Below, in pieces: positions 1-13,051 of a stretch of 64,000 bases of DNA. Position 1 is the stretch's first letter. Every line of letters begins with the position of its first letter. The DNA is taken from positions 19,468,001 through 19,532,000 of the forward strand of contig NW_026262679.1 of NCBI RefSeq assembly GCF_021869535.1, given 5' to 3'. The stretch is from Mytilus californianus (lineage: Eukaryota). The translations under genes were made by a program, and so were the position numbers. The notes below the pieces were generated by a model. That model had not been told where the DNA came from, made no database searches, and saw nothing but the letters and a program-made list of their open reading frames with translations.

Positions 1-1099
1 TTTCGATATGTTGCAGTTACATTGATTTTTTTCAATCTATATTTAGCCTTTCTCTAATTCGAGTTCTCTGTTGATCAATTTTGAAATTTTCAGAGACTAG
101 ATACCAACTTTCTCAGGCAAAATAAATCTGAGATTGAAATGGCTAATCTTTTCACATATCTTTTAATCATAATGCTTCTAATGTATTCAAGTTGTAATAC
201 ATCCTTTGCAATCAGTCTTTTTGCCTTAAGCATTTTCTATGAAGGTAAATGCTTAATTTATAATCATTGTGAAATGGTTGTATGTGAACTGTACCCAATT
301 ATTTTCGCTGATTTTTTATTTTGAGTTTTACCTATTTCATTTAACTTCGTAGCGTTTTTGTTTTTGTTGTTGTTTTTTTGGCAACTTTCGTATTTTATTT
401 TCATTTTAGCGAAGATTGAAGTTTTGATTTTTTTTCGCGTGATTTTGTTACTGACAAACTTCTCGTAAGTAAGCTTGGTATAATAAGTCTGTTTAAAGTA
501 TTATCATTTCAAAATAAAATGTATTAAAATGGAAAACCCCTAAAACTGCATCCGAAGCATGATAAAATCACAATATCATTCATATTTTAATGCTTTACAT
601 GCTAAAATTCTTGATGATGCGAAGATCTCGTTTATACGTAATGATTTTGATATAAATTGACTAATTGATAATTATACATATGAAGACAAGCGAAAAAAAA
701 TATAACTTACAAGTTCAGTGTCAGGGCTGATATGAATAATTTGATATTCTGACTATTTAACTTGTCTATCTTGAATACGATACCTTCATTTCCATCTTCA
801 TAAGTTGAGTTTGAAATTGTGACATTTCACTAAAGTCTAACAAGCGATGTTGTTGGTGTTCATTACATATTTTATAGACAATGGAAAGACATTTGAAAGA
901 ATGAAGGGCTTCATATCCGCGAAGGGCATCCTTACAAATATATATGACATATTAGTTTGTCAGTACCGTTGTGATTTCATTCTTGCATAGAAATTGTATG
1001 TACCGTAAACTGTTATTTTAAATATTTTCTTTATTTGAAAAAAGGATGAAGATACCATGACGAAAATCTGAAACCATGAGTCGAAGAAACACAGATAAC

Positions 1100-1197
1100 A
1101 CCGAGCCCAAATAAAAACAGTCCAAAACACTATACAATAAAACGAAAACGAGCACATCCAAAACAGGGGGTGATCTCAAGTTCTCAGGAAGGTATTC
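1100..1197 (-). repeat. Fragment of an abundant interspersed repeat (same family as 40815-41125)
   Basis: Reverse complement TACCTTCCTGAGAACTTGAGATCACCCCCTG matches TTACCCTTCCGGAGCACTTGAGATCACCCCTC near 40940. Boundaries approximate. Confidence 0.55.
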
Positions 1198-1799
1198 AAA
1201 CTTTTACAATATTAGTTTTCAGTCTTTTTTTGAGAAACAAATATTAATAATGTAGTAGCAAGCACAATTAACTCGATTGGTGATTTATTTAAACATATTT
1301 TATTGTCGAAATAATATTAGACAACAATAATAGGACATAGGCTAAATAACTTAGAAAAGTTTCGTCTTAATAACATAAGTATTTCTTTTTACACAAAATA
1401 ATTATTGAGTTTTTTTTCTTACCTAGACAGTGAAAGAAAATAACGACACAAAACTTATGTTTAAATGGTCGCACTGCCCACAATTTGAATGTATGGTTTA
1501 AAAACTGATGGTGCAAACAGTATTCATTTGAATATTGAACGACATTAAACTTCTTAACACGTCTAACACTTTAAAAAAGAAAAAACAACAGCAGTAGCAT
1601 TATTTGTAGTTCTTCGATATGCAAAGTACAATTTCGTGTTTCCAAACGCAAGAACATGTAGCCAATTTCTAATCTACGACCGATTTAGGAGCAAGAACAT
1701 TAACATTATGGCATTTCAACATGTCTTCAAGAGATAATAAGCTGGACTGACAACCTAATTTAACTGTACACAGCTATTATATTTCGTTTCACATTTTAA

Positions 1800-2751
1800 G
1801 GTTGATTATCTGTATACCGCTATATTGGATTGTAAAATAGCAATTATTAATCGGTCTTGTTCTTAGGTAAAATCTGCAAATTTTGAGAAAGATTGGTAAT
1901 TTATGAGTAAGGATGTTTATTTAAATGAAGGAAAATTATTGATTTACTGCATAGTTTAGACTGTTTTAACAAATACTAAATATCTGTGTTTTTTTCGAAT
2001 CATTTTTCAACTTAGCCATTCAAGGGGAGATAACTCTTACAGTAAACATTTTATAAAGGAAATCTAAAGAAATTTTCAGTGGTTTTAGTGCTGTTCTTCA
2101 TGGCAAAGTCACAGTAAGGCATTCAACATGGAGCAAAAAAACACTTCACTGACGGCCCCTAGCTCCGGTTTGAGCGGTATTCTTTGCAAAACAAATTGGA
2201 TAAACATTGTAAGATATAACACCATCAAATCGGGCCTGTTGAAAAAAAACATACTTGAAAGAAGAACATATTCAAAACAAAATAGTTCATACGCATAGGT
2301 GTAAATATCAAACTCGGTAGAATATATTTTGGTAATTTAGGTATCAAATGAAAGTTGAAGGACTGGTGATCCCTGTAGGACACATTTTGACTGATAATTT
2401 TGAATAACATAAAAATGTATGAATTAATTCTAAAATTGAGGGCATATATTGCCTGTTTCTCAGATATGAGGTACCTGATTTGGTGTATCCAAAGTTCCTG
2501 GAACCAGTACAGTCTGCCATCTCCTATTTTATTTCAAATTCTATCTCATAGATTTCCTTTTATTCACAAAAATGTGTTTTTTTCAGGAAAAATCTGTGCA
2601 TAAATGGACAATTTTGCACGACTTGTAGCTCGAAAAATAGCACGGTGACCCATACTCTTTATTATATTTTTGAAAAAAAGCACGGTCAAATCTACATTTT
2701 TGTAAAGCATAAAAACATTCTATCTGAGGAAATATAAACCGATGATCCACC
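1800..2751. mobile_element. Non-autonomous Kolobok-like DNA transposon (TTAA-flanked MITE), probably with nested inserts
   Basis: TTAA at 1796-1799 and 2752-2755. Termini GGTTGATTATC ... GATGATCCACC are imperfect TIRs. Internal sequence related to 49664-50242. Confidence 0.65.
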
Positions 2752-4214
2752 TTAATTACCATTCTTCATTATGGCAAATTATGTTCTCCCTGACAATCGA
2801 TTAAAACATAGAAAAAGTAAAAGGATCTCTATTTGTAGATAGTATTTTGGCCGACTGCAAAAGCTCCAATAAAAGGATGTATCCAGAACAATATACATTA
2901 ATTGTACTATAAAATTATGAAAAAGATTTCCTTGGTCTTTAAATAATAATTTTATTTTATTTTTGGCATATACACATTGATCCCCAACTAATATATAGCT
3001 TTTAAATCATTTTTTTATTTTTGAGAAGTTTTTCAAAGGCGTTTTGCTGTTAATATTGTGCAATTAACTTGTTTGTTCGCGTTTGTTTTGGAATTATTGT
3101 AGTCTATTCTATGAGGTCATATGATTCAAGAAAAACAAATCATTCCAGAACCTGAAACAAGCTTTTTGTCCAATTCTGTTGAAATTAAGGAATGTTCATT
3201 CTTAAACATTGACCTTCATTTCAAGGAAATTGCACCGTTTGAAGTTTTTCCGACTGGGTAAAAAAGAGAGTACAGATAATATGATTTCGAATGATATATA
3301 ATATAGCCGTATGTTACGTGGGTTCATTAAAGTCGCTAACTAAGATTTTTCTTCTAAAATAAATGATTTACTTTTATGTTCATTTTGTGATTCCACTTAT
3401 CGATATTAAATAGAGGACATATTGATCATGAAGAAAAACCTTTTTTGACCTCGGACTAAATAATTAGTTTGGTTATGATTTATTATTTGCTTTATTAACG
3501 CATATCTTAAGTCTTAAGTATTTGAAAACATTAAATACCATTATGTTAACTATTAATTGTAATGCTGGTTCAAAATTTACCGTCCACTGTAACCAACGGT
3601 TGGTATTCATGACTTTCTTCTCATTTTCAGAGGTCTGTTGGTCAGTTCATTATTATCATTTTTATCACATAGGGACACAATGTATGCAAAACACTCTATA
3701 ATTCTATGCCGATTTAAATTTTCCCCGAACGATTGATTATTCTTATAATCAATGTGTATTTCGCAAGATTTCAGTTCTTCATTTTTCATTTCCTCTGATT
3801 TCGATATGTCACGTAAAAACGCGACCATGCCTAATGCCGTCATCGTATCTTGTGTGATATAATTCTTCAATTTTGAGAAGTCTCGCGTTTAAAATTTTGA
3901 ACATTTAACCGTCTTGGGAGGACAAGTATCGCTTAACACTCGATGCTGTGATAGAATCTGTATTTATCTACGACAACTGTTTCAGCAAGTTCCTTTACTA
4001 CTGTCAGATGAATTGACTTTTACTTTTTTGACGAGTACTTACACATATTGCTTAGTGAAGTTAAAATTGAGGATACTGCTAAAATGTCTATTACGTACTG
4101 AGAACTTGATCTTGAAATTGACTCAATGAATAACTCAAAACTATTACCATGATAACAAACGCGAAAATAGTTTCCTACTACAAGTTTTTCATGACTTGTA
4201 ACATATTATTGTAC

Positions 4215-4390
4215 TATAGACATTTTTTGTATTCTTGTCTTTCATTTTTGCTTATGTGCTTTGTCTATATAATGGAATTCTATGCGACTGTCATAAAAGA
4301 AAAAGGTTAGCTAGCTATAAAACCAGGTTTAATCCAACATTTTCTACATAAGGAAATGCCTGTACAATGTCAGGAATACGACAGTTTTTT
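4215..4390 (+). repeat. Fragment of the PLE-associated 3' repeat, inverted relative to the copies at 16.4-16.8 kb and 35.8-36.3 kb
   Basis: TATGCGACTGTCATA...AAAACCAGGTTTAATCCA...AAGGAAATGCCTGTAC is the reverse complement of sequence at about 16530-16620. Confidence 0.65.
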
Positions 4391-4581
4391 CAAAGTACCA
4401 TTCTTTTTTTATTTGGTGTTTCTATAAAATATTTTGGAAACTTGAGTTTACATGGTTACTCAAGCTTGTACACAGGGAAAAAAAGGGTAAAAACTTGATT
4501 GGTTAACTTCCAGTGATGGTTATTATCGTATATGCAATGAAATGTTGTGTGAAAATTTGTCTGTAGTACTGGACAGGATAC

Positions 4582-5161
4582 AAAGGAGAAGGTCCGGTAA
4601 GGGCTAGTTTGGCCTAATATTTGAAGTACATCTAATGAAAGATTTTTGACATTTTTTTAACACTTAAGTGTCTACTTCAGTCTATTCAATTAGTTTATGT
4701 AAAAGGTTTGGACTGATTTGGTCATTAAAGACGCTCAAATTCAAGTTTAAATATGAAAAAATATCAAATATGCCATAAAACGTCACTTTTTAGATGGTTT
4801 TTGTCTAAAATGTAAGTGGCCGCATTCGTGTTCAGTCTCAACCTTTATATATTTTATGTATTATCATCAAATACAACATATATTTAAATATTAAGACTGA
4901 ACACAAATGCGGCCACTTCCATTTAAGACAAAAAACGTCTTACAATTAGCACAAATGTTAAAATTGTGAAGATTTCAGTAATATTGCATGAATTTATGAT
5001 GCCATTACCTGATGCATGTGCATTGTATGGTCAAAAATAGCCCGTTTATGGAACAGAAGTATTCTACTTTCCAATAAATTGCTCAAAGTTTACATTTTAA
5101 CAAATTTACAAAAATACTATATTTTGGGGCCAAAAATGGGTCTTACCGGGCCTACTCCTTT
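4582..5161. mobile_element. MITE with about 25-bp terminal inverted repeats
   Basis: AAAGGAGAAGGTCCGGTAAGGGC at the left end; GGTCTTACCGGGCCTACTCCTTT at the right end. Confidence 0.7.
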
Positions 5162-6628
5162 ACTCATGCCAAGTATTTCTTTATTTGAAACAAAGATACA
5201 TTCTGCACAATTTTTTTGAAAAGTGCCAATTTAACAAAGACTAATAGGGGAATATCAATAGTGGTATTACTCCTATAACCAGGAAAAGAACTATAAAAGG
5301 AGAGAAAACTTAATTTTGATATGTTCTTCATGTGATCTCATGTTAATTTGAAATATTTGTCCCTTTAAATATTGGTATGAGATTGTGACAGTATCTAATT
5401 TAAAAAAAGTGTAGTATTCGTGACTTTATCAAGAATAAATTTACTGAAAACGGCAAAGGTGATTGATTAAAAATGATGAAAAAACATGCATTGTGTCAGA
5501 ATCGTGCCTAATAACTTCGGAATACACAATTTGTAATAAAGATATTGAAGACATTCACAAATCTGAAAGGAATAGAAGAAGGAGAAAGTCTTGTAACATT
5601 TCTTTATACGGACAACCACATTATTTCCAAAGTTGGCGAGCGTCATGTTTCGAGTGAAATGATCCTTATGTTACTAGAAACACAGATGTTTTTGTACCAG
5701 TTGGAACACGTAAGTTATTAGAATTAATGTAATGACCAAAGATTTTATATATATGTATAAAAGTATATATGTATCGGGGTGGGGGAGGGGATGGATGTCA
5801 TGCAAGATATCTGATTTATGTTAAGCTTTTTTAATTATTTCTATTTACAGCATCCTAAATGTTTTTGTTTTTTTTTAAATGTTGACAATTTAATAACTTT
5901 TTTTCATTTCTTCCAACAAGTCAGACAACCAAAGTATTCATTTGTAAATGTACATGTATGTTCGTGCTGCATGTGGTTGTGCGGAGCCGTTGGTCCGTTG
6001 CTCTTACGGTCCATGTAATATATTTTTTACAATTGTCCCCAAATTGTAAAAAAAAGTATTGCAAAGACCATAAGTGCTACAGTTCCCTAACTATATTAGA
6101 ACAAGACATAGGTTATCAAAACATATATATTTTTATATTTATTCATTTACAACATCTAACACTCTGATTAGTCTGATAAAGTTCAATGATCCAATAGCAT
6201 AAGAAGTCAAGTGTACATATTGATCTCATGAAAGAGAGTCCCCCTAAATACATGTATAAATATTTCTCATTATAATGCATAGCTTTGTTACATGAAAGTA
6301 GGTGTGAAACAGGAACATGAAAGTAGAAACAGTCCAGAAGTTTCAATTACATATATATATATCATGATCAGGCCAATCATTAAAAAATTTTTTTTTATTT
6401 ATAGTAGATTGAGTGGATTCCTTGAAATGTGAAACCTAAACATTGTGCAGTGCTAAACAGGGGAAACTGTTTTCCAAGAGATACTAATTTCAACTACATG
6501 TACATGTATAACTTAAATTATACATTGTGGAAAAACAATGTACACTATGTAATAACTTTATTAATGCAAATTTACATTCTGAAAAAATTGACATGGAGAC
6601 TTTTTGTTGTTTTTTGGCAAAAACATAC

Positions 6629-6646
6629 ATATATATGTGTTTCCAA

Positions 6647-6678
<32 letters not shown>
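6629..6678. repeat. (TA)n/(TG)n microsatellite
   Basis: Direct reading. Explains the overlapping low-complexity ORFs at 6429-6965. Confidence 0.9.
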
Positions 6679-7145
6679 ACTTACAAATAGTTTTGAGATA
6701 CATGAAAAACAGTCTTTATACATACATGTATTTAAAGCTCTTACATTTTTCCATGATCAAAATCCATATGTACATAATGTTCAAAATGTATATTAAACTA
6801 ATCAATTTCATTTTCATTGTTTCTTCATATATGTTTTCAGCTACATGTATTTGCAGAATATATATATGTCTTGAACACATCAGTGCCAGTAAATTTAACA
6901 GTGATCAACAAGACAGAGATTCAAAATATTGCAAAGAAATTTTAAATGAAGTATGTAAATTGTAAATCCAGCAGTAGATAGCAACTATATACAAATATAA
7001 TTTAATTTTGGATGCAACACATCTTCTGATTGGCTGAAAGTTTTTTGTCTATCATCACATAGACATAATTTTGTCATGTGACCGTAACGTCATCAACGTC
7101 TTTTTCATGATTTATTCCTTTAAAATGGATTTTAGAATTAAATTA

Positions 7146-7292
7146 TAAGGAATGACTGTAATATTTTTTCTGTCTATTCGAAATAACCTAAAAAATGTGG
7201 AGCACACTTTTAAATAACCCGCGTATTCAGTGTGCACCACATTTTTTATTTTATTTCTTCATAGACAGAAAAAATATTACAGTCATTCCTTA
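7146..7292. mobile_element. Palindromic hairpin MITE with TAAGGA...TCCTTA termini
   Basis: TAAGGAATGACTGTAATATTTTTTCTGTCTA is perfectly inverted as TAGACAGAAAAAATATTACAGTCATTCCTTA; inner arms AAAAAATGTGGAGCACAC / GTGTGCACCACATTTTTT. Confidence 0.85.
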
Positions 7293-7347
7293 AATACATT
7301 GCATATATACATTATACAGTCATACAGGGGGGGGGGGGGGGGGGGGG

Positions 7348-8627
7348 TAGGGGCTAGGATGAAAATTTTGTCCTGCATGTTTTTTTTACAGTGGAATCTC
7401 TGTCCTGCCTTTTTATTTTTCACTCTATTCGGTCCTGCCTTTTTTTTTATTAGTTTATCCTGACTTTTTTACATGAATTGTCATCCTGCCTTTTTTTTTG
7501 CCAAGTTGTTCATCTTGCCTTTATTTTTACTCAAAACTCCTGTCCTGCTCCCCTAAAAATCAAATGGAAGCTCCCTAATGTATCCATGTATTTTTATCAG
7601 TTCATAGATCAAAAAACATAATCTCTGTTAAGAAAATGAAAATTGAAAGTGTGCCTTACTATGTGTTTTTTTTTTCTTTCATTCTTTTTTTTTTACTGTC
7701 AGGAGTTGATGGTTATATGGTTTGTTAAAATATAACTTGTTAATATTTCTGGTAGTTTTTGTCTATCATCACATAGAATATGTTGGACCTAGGTAGGGGC
7801 TAGGATGAAAATTTTTGGACCTAGGTAGGGGCTAGGATGAAAATTTTTGTCCTGCATGTTTTTTTTATAGTTGTAATCTCTGTCCTGCCTTTTTATTTTT
7901 CACTCTATTCGGTCCTGCCTTTTTTTTTATTAGTTTATCCTGACTTTTTTACATGAATTGTCATCCTGCCTTTTTTTTTTGCCAAGTTGTTCATCTTGCC
8001 TTTATTTTTACTCAAAACTCCTATCCTGCTCCCCTAAAAATCAAATGGAAGCTCCCTAATGTATCCATGTATTTTTATCAGTTCATAGATCAAAAAACAT
8101 AATCTCTGTTAAGAAAATGAAAATTGAAAGTGTGCCTTACTATGTGTTTTTTTTTTCTTTCATTCTTTTTTTTTTACTGTCAGGAGTTGATGGTTATATG
8201 GTTTGTTAAAATATAAGGGGCTAGGATGAAAATTTTTGTCCTGCATGTTTTTTTTTATAGTTGTAATCTCTGTCCTGCCTTTTTATTTTTCACTCTATTC
8301 GGTCCTGCCTTTTTTTTTATTAGTTTATCCTGACTTTTTTACATGAATTGTCATCCTGCCTTTTTTTTTTGCCAAGTTGTTCATCTTGCCTTTATTTTTA
8401 CTCAAAACTCCTGTCCTGCTCCCCTAAAAATCAAATGGAAGCTCCCTAATGTATCCATGTATTTTTATCAGTTCATAGATCAAAAAACATAATCTCTGTT
8501 AAGAAAATGAAAATTGAAAGTGTGCCTTACTATGTGTTTTTTTTTCTTTCATTCTTTTTTTTTTACTGTTAGGAGTTGATGGTTATATGGTTTGTTAAAA
8601 TATAACTTGTTAATATTTCTGGTAGTT
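7348..8627. repeat. Near-identical triplication of a ~400-bp unit (7348-7760, 7826-8215, 8217-8627)
   Basis: Each copy runs AGGGGCTAGGATGAAAATTTT...CTCCCCTAAAAATCAAATGGAAGCTCCCT...GGTTTGTTAAAATATAA. Preceded by a G21 run at 7327-7347. Confidence 0.95.
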
Positions 8628-10489
8628 TAAGCTAATAATCCTTTGTATAATTATTTTAATTCAACATCTGAGTAGGCTGGGTTCATTTAGCAACATACAA
8701 ATACTATATTTGAAATATTGGGGTGTATTAATACATTTTTGCTTATAGAAAGATGAAAATAAAATAAAGCTTAGATTTATTTTAGAAATTTACTATGAAA
8801 TCTAATGAAAGTGTACATGAAGCAAATGAGCGTCCATTGAGGAGGAAATATGTGCAGTAAAACATAATTTTATTATATCAAATGGCTCAATTTTGCAAGT
8901 CTTTGACATCACTTGAGTTTTTTTTGTCAGTATTTTTGTACATATTATGCAAACTACCAGACTGAGTACTATTGTCCGTCCAACATATTCTAATGGAAAC
9001 AGGTAATGTGCAAAATAACAACTCCTTGACTGATTTTTATCAAACTGATGTGGGGGAGGTGCATATGTTTGTCAACCTTAATTTTTGTTTTAAAAATTAC
9101 ATACAGGAATATATTTTTAATGTTGTATTCAAATTTTTCTTTTTCATTTTTTAGAATTTCAGAACTTACTCAAATTATTTGAAACCTTTATCTCCCCTCA
9201 CCCTAAATTGTGAAAATTGAAGATAGTTGTCCATGGCTACTATTTGAAATTAGAAGAAATTTTTCATCTGCTATAAAAGGAATGAATGATGTCAGTTTTC
9301 ATAGAACTGCTTGATATATTAAAGCAAAATACAAACTTTAATTATAAAAATATATCTTGCGTTTTTGACCTTTTTCCAATTTTCATTATGATACTTGGTT
9401 TTTGGACTAAATAACATATGTATAAATCTGAATTTAATGGTCAGTTGCCTCTTGAACAAACATCTATAGGGTTTAGCAAAATGAAATCAGTTTCTACCAA
9501 TGACAGCAAGATCACAAAAGCAACAGTCAAATTTTAATAAATGATCTTCATCAATATTTTTATATTGTAAAGTATTTATACTTTTTGCTACCCTAGAAGT
9601 CAAATTGTTATCTAGAAATGACTTCTGATTCAATATCATTGGGTCCATTCCTGAGTTTATGATCATTGTTTCTGCATGACCATGTGACAGAAGAGCAGCA
9701 CATGCAAAATTTATCATTGAAAGATCTGCCAATGAAGGACAGGATGTCATTACTGGAATGGATATAAAAAAGGTAAGATTTGTCTTCCATCATGATAAAC
9801 AAATCATCAGGAAGCTGCTTTTTCCTACCTTACCCTTTAGTGATATGCTTCAACAAAATATTCTTCTGTATGTAATTGGACAATCATCATTGAGCCTATT
9901 ATTTCTCATATATTTATAAATCTGGATTTCCACTTAGTGTTTAAGTTGCCCCTACAAACTTCTTACAATTTTTGTGTAAGCATTTTTTTACCATTAGACT
10001 CAGATTATAAGATTTAATTTTTTTAAGGTTCTAAACTACATTTCATTTCATTTTAGAGTTATGACTATTTTTAAAGAAAATGAACAACATTTTGTTTGTT
10101 AGTGTTGCAATGTAACATTTCCCATGACTGGCTGATACTGTTAAGATACTGGCAACATTTCACCACCCCTTTACTAGAATATGTTACAAAAATGATAAAA
10201 AAAATTAAAAAATGTCAGAATACCAACATTTTTATGGTAGGATTGATTAATGTTGTTCAGTTTAGGCTCTAGACAAGTTGGGAAAAGAAATTTACAGGCT
10301 ACAAGTTGTTGATGCTGTCTTTGGTGTACATGTAGATGCTAACAAACACACAGAGAATATAAATACAATCTCAACTTTGCCTTTGAGGACACTGGATTGA
10401 GGATGTGGCGAGCAAATTGTGATGGTGAAGGTAAAGTTATTTACAATTCTTACGTTTTGTGTCAGCAGCAATAATATTATAATAAACAA

Positions 10490-11330
10490 GAAACAGGTCA
10501 AACAATAAAACTTGATATTTACCAATGAACCATGCCAGACAGACATATACACCTTACAATCATTCCATACACCAAATATAGTTGATGAATTGCTTATAGT
10601 TCTAAAAAAAGGACCTTACTACTGAAACTTAACATTGATAAATGAACCATGAAAATGAGGTAAAGTACAAAAAATACATGCCAGACCGACATGTGTACCT
10701 TAAAACCATTCCATACACCAAATATAGTTGACCTATTGCTTATAGTGTTTGAAAAACAGACCAAACATAAAAACTTAACATTGATAAATGAACCATGAAA
10801 ATGAGGTAAAGTACAAAAAATACATGCCAGACCGACATGTGTACCTTAAAACCATTCCATACACCAAATATAGTTGACCTATTGCTTATAGTGTTTGAAA
10901 AACAGACCAAACATAAAAACTTAACATTGACCAATGAACCGTGAAAATGAGGTCAAGGTCAAATGAAATCTGCCAGACTCGCATGTACACATTAAAATCA
11001 TTTTATACATCAAATATAGAAGACCTAATGCTTACAGTATCTGAGAAACAGACATAATCATGTAACTTTAACCTTGATCACTGATACATGAAATGAGGTC
11101 AGGGTCCGGTGAACCCTGTCTGATGGACATATAAACCTTGCAAGCCACCCATACACCAAATATAGTTCGCCTATTACTAATAATAAGTGAGAAATTCATC
11201 TAACAAAAAAACTTAATTTTTTTTCAAGCAGTTGCTGAATCATGAAAATGAGGTCAAGGACAACAGACATATGACAGACAGAAACTTAGTAACATGAGGC
11301 ATCTGTAAACAAGGTATGTTTTTTTAAGCC
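10490..11330. repeat. Interspersed element with internal ~146-bp tandem subunits
   Basis: AATGAACC(A/G)TGAAAATGAGG recurs at 10641, 10787 and 10933 (146-bp period), with diverged units on both sides. Confidence 0.8.
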
Positions 11331-12948
11331 TCTAGGTTTATTATTTTGAATTATTTGCCAAATGTTTAATATAAGGCAGGCGTTACCTGTGAAAGGGGAC
11401 GAAGTCTGTTTACATTATTTTTTTAATTCAAGCATATTAACTTCAGTCGTTCAGAATCTGTCAAAAAGAAACAGAAATACGTAAACGTTTCCGACGTTGG
11501 TCCTGTTGTTAGGGATTTTAGTTGTATAAATAAGAAATTGTGGTATGAGTGCCAATGAGACAACTCTCCATCCAAGTCAAAATGTATAAAAAGTTAACAT
11601 TGAATTAACAAATAAAGAACAAAGATATAATAAACATGTGAAAGCTCTCTCACAGGCAAACAACCCATAATTGTAAAATATAAGGGCATACACCACAACG
11701 TCATTTTCAATATAAAAAAAGAAACGCTACCATCAGTTACGTTTTTTTTTTTCATATCAAAGAATTTACAACATATTAACGGGAAACAATATGATGCTCC
11801 TTCCAATATTTTACAAGTCTCGTGACAAATGAGACCGGAAGAAAGAAAGTGAATTATGCGCAAATGCGGGAAACTAAAAAAAGTTAAAAAAAAGTAAACG
11901 ATTTTGAATTTCATTAGAATATATATTGTTTTTGTTTCTTTGTTTTTATTTCTTCATTTTATTGATTTTCTTACCATAATTGTGGACTACGTCCCCATAT
12001 CATTTTAGAACACAGTAATAATAGATAGACAGAACATAAATAGCACAAAAGAATGACAAACAAGATAATATTCCAATATAAATGAAACCATCAATTTTCT
12101 ACATTTATATTATAGGAGATATTGCCCTATATAATCTAAAATTACAACATTTTTGGTAACAATATATTAGGTTTTCTTTATTGATGATAATCTGTCTTTT
12201 ACAAGATAACAGGTACAGGGGAAATAAAATCATGGAATTTTTATTTTTGTAGAAATTGTAAATTCAGTCATGGAGCCAAAACAAATCTGACTTGTCCCAT
12301 GGAGGATTGCATTCAAGAGTTTAAGAACAAAGGAGTTTTATTCATTTTCCAAGGGAGTGTCAATACCAATTAGAAAAGGAATTATTAAGTGACAAAGCAA
12401 AAATAATCTATGCCAGCAAATATTCTCAGGCCTCATCCGGTTGTCCTGAAATGAGTTCTGTGAGGGTATTCGAGGTTGAGGAACAGAAGGACAAAAATTT
12501 GAAGTTGGGCTTTAAAAATCAAAATCAAAAAAACATCTTCAACGAAAAGCAAAAAACTGTATGGTTCAAAAATTTGATATAGGCAAACAAACTGGGAGTA
12601 AAGCTGATATATATATATATAAGAAATTTATTCCTCCTCCCAAACACCAATATTGAAAAAAAATTACCAGTGTATTGATTATTGATAATTTGTATAGCAT
12701 TCAAGATTTTGTATTTCAGTTTGACTACCACATGTCAAGATAAGATTCATTTTACATCTTACTGATGAAGGATATTAGTTATCCGAAATATCTAAAATTT
12801 GTTCATGATTTATTTATTTTTTGGTGATGTTGTACCCTTTTAGATTTGTTATATATTATATTTTGTAGTGTACTGTATCATAATTTTATGATCCATCGCC
12901 CCGTAAGATTTATCGTTGGCTATTATTCAGTCATTTTATATATATATA

Positions 12949-13051
12949 TTCGAATTCCGACAAGGGAAGAACAAAAAATTTGCGAAAGCAAATTTACAGA
13001 TCTAACATTTTTGGGCTGATGTTTAGACGAGTTGTATATATATATATATAT
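12949..13051 (+). mobile_element. 5'-truncated tRNA-derived SINE with (TA)n tail
   Basis: Starts with a B-box-like TTCGAATTCC and ends GTTTAGACGAGTTG(TA)n. Confidence 0.55.

Noticed and set aside
3120-3262. 46-aa plus-strand frame MIQEKQIIPEPE...
   Set aside because: Short, upstream in-frame stop, no recognisable motif.
6429-6965. 178-aa ORF, the longest in the track
   Set aside because: Low-complexity product of TA/TG microsatellites with overlapping ORFs on both strands.
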